Positions 1-9,889 of a stretch of DNA of 64,000 bases are shown here, piece after piece. Position numbers and translations under genes: made by a program. Origin of the DNA: Rebecca billardiae RCC1528 (taxonomy: Eukaryota > Protista > Haptophyta). Under the pieces are notes generated by a model, which saw only the letters and a list, made by a program, of their open reading frames with translations, ran no database searches and was not told the DNA's origin. The DNA is taken from NCBI GenBank assembly GCA_965240325.2, contig OZ251224.1, positions 2,170,001-2,234,000 on the forward strand, in the 5' to 3' direction. Positions within the stretch are counted from its first letter, which is position 1, and every line of letters starts with the position of its first letter.

Positions 1-290
1 CGTTTTTGAACGAGCCGGTCGTGGAGCCCACGACGGTGATCTACGAGGATAACCAGGGCACGATCGATTTGACGAACAACCCGGTGCACCACAAGCGCAC
101 CAAGCACATTGACGTGAAGTACCATTTCACGCGGCGCGCGCAAGCCGACGGCGCCGTGCTGATCCAGAAGGTGCCGACCGACGACAACCGGTCCGACATC
201 ATGACCAAGGCTACCGCGACGAGTACTTTTCTCAAGCACGTCGTGGCGATACTGCATGCTGTTCCACCACCTCCGCCGCCTTCGGCATGA
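1..290 (+). CDS. Ty1/Copia pol polyprotein, C-terminal RNase H (partial, runs in from window edge)
   Basis: Copia RNase H motifs IYEDNQG, HKRTKHIDVKYHF and SDIMTK; TGA stop at 288-290. Confidence 0.95.
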   Translation, partial: FLNEPVVEPTTVIYEDNQGTIDLTNNPVHHKRTKHIDVKYHFTRRAQADGAVLIQKVPTDDNRSDIMTKATATSTFLKHVVAILHAVPPPPPPSA

Positions 291-730
291 TGTCGAGGGG
301 GGGTGTTGTATTAATCCCGAATTTCCTCCGTGCACGATTTCTTTTCCTTTCCAGGCGCTTGGATCCAACCGCCAGGAGAGGTCGAGTCCCAGGTACTACT
401 CGCTGTCGTACCTGCCCTCCCTGAACCGGCACGAGCGCGCTCGGCCCCTAATCCTATTGCTTTCGCCGCTGTCCGCAGGCGAACGCAAGCCGCCGGGTAC
501 GTATGTCCGTTTTCCCCCGGCGCTATTGGTCTAACGACCTATCACTGGACCTGGTGCCGTTTGCTTTTTGCACCCGTGTGGGACGACTCCCGCACCGCCC
601 GCTCGTCCGCACGGACGACGCTGCTGACGACGTCCGCAGGGACACTGTGATAAGCCCCTGCGTGACCGGGCCTTATCGTCCCCTGACGAGAAGGTTACAT
701 CCGCACACCTACTAGACGCTGATAGTAACA
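1..730 (+). mobile_element. 3' end of a Copia LTR retrotransposon: polypurine tract 295-303 and 3' LTR 304-730
   Basis: GAGGGGGGG follows the pol stop and is immediately followed by TGTTG; TAACA at 726-730 gives TGTT..AACA termini (427 bp). The right LTR end cannot be confirmed without the 5' LTR. Confidence 0.85.
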
Positions 731-900
731 CCTAGTACGACGCGGAGGATAATCAGATTCGTCACTGGAGACAACGAAACATCCGAAACCACACACACAC
801 AAATATACAATTTAATGTCAAAATATATAGAACACGAACTTAAAAACCAAAATAAAATTCACCATTTACGCATGCCAACGGCATCATGATCATTTTTATT

Positions 901-2130
901 GGCTCCGGCTTCGGTTGACCCCTGCCAGTCCGGTCATAGAAACCGGGCGTACCGAAAATGAAAACGACCTTCGCGAGGTCGCACGGAGGCGGTCGAAGGC
1001 TTGCTGGACTCGGGTTGGCGAGCTGAGCGCGAATCCGCACCGTTTGCCGCGATCGCTTGTTTTTACACGGCGCCAGAGCCCGATTTTCACCATTTCTACT
1101 GGGAGTCCGGGTACTTTGGGCCTTTTGCCCACTATGGTGGTGCGGGCGCGGGTCGCGTGGGTGTGCGCATCGTGTTCGACACCGACGTCTCGTACGAACA
1201 GCTGGGAGGTAATCTTGGCGACCGCGATGCCGAGCACCTCTTTGCGGTCGCGCGTGACCTGGAGATCGTGCACACGGTGTCTGGCACGACCTCGTCAGTG
1301 CACTCCACGGTCGGTGCAAGCCTCTCTGCACGTTGCGCCGTCTCCGGACCTCTGCAATCAGATCAAGGTGAACATGTCGAGGACGCACAACACGATGGAG
1401 CGGATGCTTTTCCATCTCGTCGTCGATAAGCTCAGGCCTCTCTGTCTGGACGAGTACTTTGTGATCCTTACGCGCTCGACACTGCAAGTCGCGACGAGGG
1501 CGACTCAGAGCCCGAGACAAGCAGCAAGCGGCAGAAGGAGGCGGACGGGCAGTGGTGGACGATGGGGGGGCGAGTCTGATTTCAAGCGATACGCGCGCAT
1601 GGATCTTGACCGGCGCTCGCGCGAGCTGGGCACCGGCGAGATCGAGAGCGACACGATCGTCCGCGGCGTTGTCGTGCTCACGCCCGTGCAACCGATCACG
1701 CCCGACTTTCAGCGGCGCCCCAGCACGCGGCACGAGGCGGAGGCACGCGGCAGCGGCGGCGGAGCGGCCGCGTCCGGCGGTGTACCAGCTGAGAGAAGAG
1801 CGCGGCACAAGAGTGCGGGGCCGGGTGAGCTGCCGTGAGGCGTGACATACATGGTCATGGCGTGCGTGATGCATGAAATGGAATACAAGTTCCGTCAGAA
1901 ATACCCGCGCCAATATGCATTTACCCATTTTCGGATTTCGGTCAGATTTCTGTATGTGTTACTTATGAAAATTGAGCCTGAAACATATTGGGAGGTGGGT
2001 GTATGCTCAATGTCGCTTTGAAGTCATCAATCGGGGGTCGGGAGGGACCCGGCTATATGGTCCGCTCGAGTGACTTCGACTCGGTTCTCAGAATGCCCGC
2101 CACTGGCAGGGGTCAACCGAATCCGGAGCC
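901..2130. mobile_element. Non-autonomous DNA transposon with 29-bp TIRs and 4-bp TSD (TATT)
   Basis: GGCTCCGGCTTCGGTTGACCCCTGCCAGT at 901-929 matches the reverse complement of 2102-2130 with 1 mismatch; TATT at 897-900 and 2131-2134. Confidence 0.9.
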
Positions 2131-2491
2131 TATTACTAACTAAATTTTATTTTGATAGTAACATTGGTATTACTAACTAGTCGTAATAACGTTGTTACTG
2201 CTATAGTTAGTATGACATTGGTAGCTACTTCTCGGTAGTAACACTGTCACTAAGCTACTAAGCTAGATCTAGAATGTGTACAACATTCAAGTTTGCTATA
2301 ATACTATGATACTTCAATCCCGGTCAGTCATCTCAGACATTGATAGATAGATATCCGACTCGAGTCGTCTCGGCGTCTGTCATTCTCTTGAAAGTTATTC
2401 TGGCGTCCGCCGGAACAGTCATCAGCAGCATACAGTCTAGCTGCTCTTCAAGGCTCTCTCGTCTCTAGCTAAGCTGCTACTAGAATCATTG

Positions 2492-2533
2492 TCATCATCA
2501 TCATCAATGATCATCATCATCATCATCATCATC
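2492..2533. repeat. (ATC)n microsatellite, interrupted
   Basis: Directly visible. Confidence 0.9.
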
Positions 2534-2654
2534 GTCGTCTGAATAGTAAAGCTTGTTACAAAGTACGACTACTGAATATACTAACTTTAGCGTGTATCTA
2601 CTATCTAGTATCTGTGCAGTCCTGTCTAACTACCCGTTCGACCGCCTATGCCCT

Positions 2655-3116
2655 ATCCGGACGGGGCATCGAGCTCGAGCCAGGCCCGCATCCAGACCTG
2701 CGTGTAAAGTTGTAAAGTGTAAAGTAGGTCCGGGAGCCCAGCCGGACATGTCCGGCCAGTCCGACCGGACGCGTGCGGCCGGGCCGTGCCAGCTGCCACC
2801 GGGCCCGGCACTCACCGGCGCCTCCGCCCGGCGCCGGCCGGTCGCCGGGGCGCCGCGGCCGAGAGGCAGTGCAAAGTTGTAAAGTGTAAAGTACATCCGG
2901 GAGCCAGGCCGGACCTATCCGGACAGCCGTCCGGCCACGCACGCGTGCGGGCTGTGCCGACGCGCCGCGCCGGCCGGCTGCCGGGCGCACGAGGGCGTGT
3001 ATGACAGTGTGAAAAAGTAAATCCGGGCGCCTCCGGACGGGGCATCGCGCGCCCCGCGCAAGCTGCTTGGCCCAGCAACCCCCCGTAAAAGTTGTAAAGT
3101 GTAAAGTAAGTCCGGG
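2655..3116 (-). repeat. Inverted, partly diverged copies of the 200-bp satellite monomer
   Basis: TGTAAAGTTGTAAAGTGTAAAGTA cores near 2704, 2870 and 3085; GCCGGACATGTCCGGC at 2741-2756; reverse complement of the array at 5255-9060. Confidence 0.92.
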
Positions 3117-3508
3117 GCTTTCGCGGGTCCAATCCGGGATCCCGCAGCCCGAGCGGCGGCGCGATGTTCGCCGCCATGGTCGATGGTGTTCGCAAGCACG
3201 TTCAGAAGCCGCCCGCCCTCGACGACGCGATCTGCACGTGCGCGCGTTGGTCAGAGCACACGCGTGACGTGGGTGAGTCGGGGGACTACCCACTACGAAG
3301 CAAAGTAGAGCGTGAAGCAAGGTAGAGTGTGTTTCCGCGTGCGCGCTCGGGCAGCTCTGCTGTGACCCCTCGGCCACGTCGTGATGTGTGCGTCCGCGCG
3401 CACGGCCACGCCAGCGTGGCCAGTGCGCTTCCTCTTCAACGACAGCAACGAGCTCGCCCTGGCGCACAACGTTGGCAGCAGCGCCGTGACTACACGACTG
3501 CTGGTGGT

Positions 3509-4055
3509 GCGCGCGTCCGGTTGGCCACACCCTCGTGACTCTGCGGCTGCGCGCAGAAGCAGCGCCACCGGCGTGCTGCTGCCTGCCGGCATGCTGGTGG
3601 CGCCCGCGCCCGCGCCGCCGCCGCCATTTTGTGACCGTCCCACAGTGCGCCCCGCTGCATGCGCCATGTGGCGCGCGTCCGGTTGGCCACAGCCTCGTGA
3701 CTCTGCGGCTCTGCGGCTGCGCGCACAAGCAGCGCCACCGGCGTGCTGCCGCTGCCGGCATGCTGATGGCGCCCGCGCCCGCGCCGCCGCCGCCATTTTG
3801 TGACCTTCCCGCGCCGTGCGCCCCGCTGCATGCGCCGTCTGGGGCGCGTCCGGTTGACCGCAGCCTCGTGACTCTGCGGCTGCGCGCGCAAGCATCGCCA
3901 CTGGCGTGCTGCCGCTGTTCGCATGCTGATGGCGCCCGCGCCCGCGCCGCCGCCGCCGTTTTGTGACCTTCCCGCGCGGTGCGCCCCGCTGCATGCGCCG
4001 TCTGGGGCGCGTCCAGTTAGCCACAGCCTCGTGACTCTGCGTCTCTGCGGCTGCA
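3509..4055 (+). repeat. Tandem repeat of ~162-175 bp, about 3.3 copies
   Basis: Unit GCGCGTCCGGTTGGCCACA..CCTCGTGACTCTGCGG..GCCGCCATTTTGTGACC restarts near 3510, 3672, 3845 and 4008; a diverged partial copy lies near 4800-4920. Confidence 0.88.
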
Positions 4056-5254
4056 CGCGCATCTACCGCGGCGGGCTGCGCCTGCTGTTCACGGCCAAGG
4101 CGGACGGCGACCCCCGTACATCCCCGCCGCGGTCGTTGCCACCGCCGGCGACGGCGTCGTGCGCTGCGAGTGGCTTGCGCGCCTGCCCGCGTGGCACGCC
4201 CTCCGCACCCGCACTGTGCCCGCGGCTTGGCCCACACGCGTGCACAACGAGGCGGTCGAATGGGCAGCGCGTGCGTAGACGGCACCTGCGCCGTCGGGTC
4301 AGCGCCGCCCGTGCGCCGGGCGTGCGCACCTTCCCGCCTCGCCAGCTGGCGCGCGAACCACCCTCGCCGCGTGGCTAAACGAGCAGCTCGGCTCGCGCGG
4401 CGCGGGCGAGCCGATCAGTGCGCGCCCGGCGGCGCCGGGCGCTGGCCGCCGATTACGCGCGTGTACGCGGGGCGCTCGCCGGGTCTACTCGCGACGTGTT
4501 CAACGGCGAGTCGATGGTGTGACTACAAGCGCAGTGAGCACTGGCGGCGGATTGTCTTCTACTTCGCCAAGCTAGACGGCATCGACCTCTGCTGCGTGGA
4601 CGACGCGTGTGTCCACGCGCACGGCCGCGCAGGCGCAGCTGCCGTGCGCCTTCGTGGCTTCCTTTTGACGGTGCCGACGGGCTCGCCCCCTCACCACGCG
4701 TGGCCTGCGCGGCCGTGCAGCGCGGGCACGGTGGCTCGCGCGGCAAGGCGCCGGTTGCGCGCTCGCAGCAGTTTGCAGCCCTCCGGCGCGCGGCGTTTGC
4801 TGCAGCGCCGTGACCACACGGCTGTGGGCCGCGCCACTAGTGCTGCTGGCCGCCGCGGCCATGCCGCCGCCGCCATGATACGACCTTTTCGCGCTGTGCG
4901 CCCCGCTACACACAGCATGCGTGGACGACCGCGCTGCGCCTCGCGCCAAATGGCGCCCAGCAATACGGATGCGCACTGCACACTGCGTGCAGCGGGTTGA
5001 ACGGCCCTGGCTGTGGCGTGCAACGTGCGCCGTAGAGGCGTGACTCGCCAGCCCGCGGCGGGCGTAGCGCGCGCACGCACGGGCGAGCAGCGCTACTGCG
5101 TGTTGCTCAGCCGCGCCCGCGCCGCGCCATCGGTAGGTGGTGGCGCCCTCGACCGGCATCGAATCGCCCTCCCTCACCTACCTCCCTCGCCCGGGCGGGT
5201 CGATCGCGGGCGCCGGCATCGCGATCCAAATCGCGTCCGGCCGCGTCGTCCCGC

Positions 5255-8200
5255 CCGGACTTACTTTACACTTTACAACTTTACAGGCCCTCTCTCGCCC
5301 GCGGCCGGCGGCGCGGCGGCCAGCACGCGTCCGGTCGGACTGGCCGGACATGTCCGGCTGGGCTCCCGGACCTACTTTACACTTTACAACTTTACAGGCC
5401 GGGCTGGGTGCTGGCCTGGCTCGTGCTTGATGCCCCGTCCGGACAGGTGCTCCCGGACTTACTTTACACTTTACAACTTTACAGGCCCTCTCGGCCTCGC
5501 GTCCGCGGCCGGCGGCGCGTCGCGGCCAGCACGCGTCCCCGGGTCGGACTGGCCGGACATGTCCGGCTGGGCTCCCGGACCTACTTTGCACTTTACAACT
5601 TTACAGGCCGAGCTGTGTACTGGCCTGGCTCGTGCTCGATGCCCCGTCCGGACAGGCGCTCCCGGACTTACTTTACACTTTACAACTTTACAGGCCCTCT
5701 CGCGCCCGCCGGGCCGGCGGCGCGTCGCGGCCAGCACGCGTCCGGTCGGACTGGCCGGACATGTCCGGCTGGGCTCCCGGACCTACTTTGCACTTTACAA
5801 CTTTACACGCCGGGCTGGGTGCTGGCCTGGCTCGTGCTCGATGCCCCGTCCGGACGTGCGCTCCCGGACTTACTTTACACTTTACAACTTTACAGGCCCT
5901 CTCGCGCCCGCGGCCGGCGGCGCGGCGGCCAGCATGCGTCCGGTCGGACTGGCCGGACGTGTCCGGCTGGGCTCCCGGACCTACTTTACACTTTACAACT
6001 TTACACGCCGGGCTGGGTGCTGGCCTGGCTCGTGCTCGATGCCCCGTCCGGACGTGCGCTCCCGGACTTACTTTACACTTTACAACTTTACAGGCCCTCT
6101 CGCGCCCGCGGCCGGCGGCGCGGCGGCCACGGCATGCGTCCGGTCGGACTGGCCGGACATGTCCGGCTGGGCTCCCGGACCTACTTTGCACTTTACAACT
6201 TTACAGGCCGGGCTGGGTGCTGGCCTGGCTCGTGCTTGATGCCCCGTCCGGACAGGTGCTCCCGGACTTACTTTACACTTTACAACTTTACAGGCCCTCT
6301 CGGCCTCGCGTCCGCGGCCGGCGGCGCGTCGCGGCCAGCACGCGTCCGGTCGGACTGGCCGGACATGTCCGGCTGGGCTCCCGGACCTACTTTGCACTTT
6401 ACAACTTTACAGGCCGAGCTGGGTACTGGCCTGGCTCGTGCTTGATGCCCCGTCCGGACGTGCGCTCCCGGACTTACTTTACACTTTACAACTTTACAGG
6501 CCCTCTCGCGCCCGCGGCCGGCGGCGCGGCGGCCACGGCATGCGTCCGGTCGGACTGGCCGGACATGTCCGGCTGGGCTCCCGGACCTACTTTACACTTT
6601 ACAACTTTACACGCCGGGCTGGGTGCTGGCCTGGCTCGTGCTTGATGCCCCGTCCGGACAGGTGCTCCCGGACTTACATTACACTTTACAACTTTACAGG
6701 CCCTCTCGCGCCCGCCGGGCCGGCGGCGCGTCGCGGCCAGCACGCGTCCGGTCGGACTGGCCGGACATGTCCGGCTGGGCTCCCGGACCTACTTTGCACT
6801 TTACAACTTTATACGCTGGGCTGGGTGCTGGCCTGGCTCGTGCTCGATGCCCCGTCCGGACGTGCGCTCCCGGACTTACTTTACACTTTACAACTTTACA
6901 GGCCCTCTCGCGCCCGCGGCCGCGGCGGCGCGACATCCAGCATGCGTCCGGTCGGACTGGCCGGACATGTCCGGCTGGGCTCCCGGACCTACTTTACACT
7001 TTACAACTTTACACGCCGGGCTGGGTGCTGGCCTGGCTCGTGTTCGATGCCCCGTCCGGACGTGCGCTCCCGGACCTACTTTACACTTTACAACTTTACA
7101 GGCCCTCTCGCGCCCGCGGCCGGCGGCGCGGCGGCCAGCACGCGTCCGGTCGGACTGGCCGGACGTGTCCGGCTGGGCTCCCGGACCTACTTTGCACTTT
7201 ACAACTTTACACGCCGGGCTGGGTGCTGGCCTGGCTCGTGCTCGATGCCCCGTCCGGACGTGCGCTCCCGGACTTACTTTACACTTTACAACTTTACAGG
7301 CCCTCTCGCGCCCGCGGCCGGCGGCGCGGCGGCCACGGCATGCGTCCGGTCGGACTGGCCGGACATGTCCGGCTGGGCTCCCGGACCTACTTTACACTTT
7401 ACAACTTTACAGGCCGGGCTGGGTGCTGGCCTGGCTCGTGCTTGATGCCCCGTCCGGACAGGTGCTCCCGGACTTACTTTACACTTTACAACTTTACAGG
7501 CCCTCTCGGCCTCGCGTCCGCGGCCGGCGGCGCGTCGCGGCCAGCACGCGTCCGGTCGGACTGGCCGGACATGTCCGGCTGGGCTCCCGGACCTACTTTG
7601 CACTTTACAACTTTACAGGCCGGGCTGGGTGCTGGCCTGGCTCGTGCTCGATGCCCCGTCCGGACAGGCGCTCCCGGACTTACTTTACACTTTACAACTT
7701 TACAGGCCCTCTCGCGCCCGCCGGGCCGGCAGCGCGTCGCGGCCAGCACGCGTCCGGTCGGACTGGCCGGACATGTCCGGCTGAGCTCCCGGACCTACTT
7801 TGCACTTTACAACTTTACACGCCGGGCTGGGTGCTGGCCTGGCTCGTGCTCGATGCCCCGTCCGGACGTGCGCTCCCGGACTTACTTTACACTTTACAAC
7901 TTTACAGGCCCTCTCGCGCCCGCGGCCGCGGCGGCGCGACGTCCAGCATGCATCCGGTCGGACTGACCGGACATGTCCGGCTGGGCTCCCGGACCTACTT
8001 TACACTTTACAACTTTACACGCCGGGCTGGGTGCTGGCCTGGCTCGTGTTCGATGCCCCGTCCGGACAGGCGCTCCCGGACCTACTTTACACTTTACAAC
8101 TTTACAGGCCCTCTCGCGCCCGCGGCCGGCGGCGCGGCGGCCAGCACGCGTCCGGTCGGACTGGCCGGACGTGTCCGGCTGGGCTCCCGGACCTACTTTA

Positions 8201-9060
8201 CACTTTACAACTTTACACGCCGGGCTGGGTGCTGGCCTGGCTCGTGCCCGATGCCCCGTCCGGACGTGCGCTCCCGGACTTACTTTACACTTTACAACTT
8301 TACAGGCCCTCTCGCGCCCGCGGCCGGCGGCGCGGCGGCCACGGCATGCGTCCGGTCGGACTGGCCGGACATGTCCGGCTGGGCTCCCGGACCTACTTTA
8401 CACTTTACAACTTTACACGCCGGGCTGGGTGCTGGCCTGGCTCGTGCTCGATGCCCCGTCCGGACGTGCGCTCCCGGACCTACTTTACACTTTACAACTT
8501 TACAGGCCCTCTCGCGCTGACGCGGCCGGCGGCGCGGCGGCCAGCATGCGTCCGGTCGGACTGGCCGGACTTGTCCGGCTGGGCTCCCGGATCTACTTTG
8601 CACTTTACAACTTTACAGGCCAGGCTGGGTACTGGCCTGGCTCGTGCTCGATGCCCCGTCCGGACGTGCGCTCCCGGACCTACTTTACACTTTACAACTT
8701 TACAGGCCCTCTCGCGCCCGCGGCCGGCGGCGCGGCGGCCAGCATGGCATGCGTCCGGTCGGACTGGCCGGACGTGTCCGGCTGGGCTCCCGGACCTACT
8801 TTACACTTTACAACTTTACACGCCGGGCTGGGTGCTGGCCTGGCTCATGGTCGATGCCCCGTCCGGACGTGCGCTCCCGGACTTACTTTACACTTTACAA
8901 CTTTACAGGCCCTCTCGCGCCCGCGGCCGGCGGCGCGGCGGCCAGCATGCGTCCGGTCGGACTGGCCGGACATGTCCGGCTTGGCTCCCGGACCTACTTT
9001 ACACTTTACAACTTTACACTTTACAACTTTACACGCCGAACTGGGTGGTGGCCTGGCTCA
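5255..9060 (+). repeat. Satellite array of 19 ~200-bp monomers, each with two CCGGACYTACTTTRCACTTTACAACTTTACA cores
   Basis: Monomer starts near 5257, 5455, 5664, 5866, 6064, 6264, 6470, 6670, 6872, 7072, 7270, 7470, 7676, 7878, 8078, 8276, 8476, 8676 and 8879. Confidence 0.97.
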
Positions 9061-9337
9061 TGGTCGCGCCGGCCAGATCAGTCGCGCGCGCGCGGCGGCA
9101 CTGCGCGCGCGCGGGGCGCGCGTGCCTTTCCTAGAAACTTCCGCAGAGCCGCGAGAAGGTTACACTTTACATAGTGACAGGGCTGGACCGGGCTTACTAG
9201 TTACACATAGGAGACCACGACGTTACATATAGGAGGCATAGGCTACATTTCTACTATACGGCTTTTCTGGGGGGTGTAACCTTCTCGTGACAGGACCACC
9301 ACCTGACCGGGGAACTGGTAAGGCGGAATAAACATCA

Positions 9338-9393
<56 letters not shown>
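9338..9393. repeat. (CTAT)n microsatellite
   Basis: Directly visible. Confidence 0.95.
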
Positions 9394-9889
9394 GTAACAA
9401 CAGCATGTAGTCGTTCCATGATTGACTCTTGCAGACAATCCTACCAGTCGGTCGTCATGTGACCGATGTCCATCACTAGTCAGCCTCACTGCCTAGTTTA
9501 GTAGTTACTGAAGCCAATCAGCACTCTCAGCAGGCAGCAGCAGCACGCGCCGGGCCGCCGTCAGCCCGCGTCGCTGAAGGCCAAACAGGGCTGCCTGCGC
9601 TGAGTAACATCGTCTCGGTCCGTGACTCCGCGAGTGAGTCCAAGGTGCTGCTGGCGCATGCTGAGTGAGCATGCAGCCATTCACGGCTGACTGCTCACGT
9701 GTTCACGTTGTTTGAGTTGCTTCCGGTGTGAACCGCCACTGCGCTTGGGCGTGCCTCAAGTGTCAAGCGAGACTTCCGGAACCCTCGCCTTCCGGCACAG
9801 CCTGCAGTGTGAAGAACCTTGAGCAACGGGGGGTGCAGCGGACCAAACCGTGGGCCGTGGCCGCGATTCCTCTCCCGGCCACCGCAGTC

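Noticed and set aside
2630-4267. 16/18 inverted match (2630-2647 vs 4250-4267) as TIRs
   Set aside because: No TSD, and AGGCGGTCGAA also occurs near 987; too weak to define an element, though 2631 may be the true left end
5261-5285. CTTTACA heptamers as telomeric repeats
   Set aside because: Not a TTAGGG or TTTAGGG type repeat, and only three units per core
5255-9060. CRISPR-like array (constant core plus spacers)
   Set aside because: Spacers are not unique (two alternating types), there are no cas genes, and the context is eukaryotic
5013-9232. Long ORFs (335-557 aa) across the satellite
   Set aside because: Open in all three frames because the repeat lacks stop codons; the peptide cycles between frames
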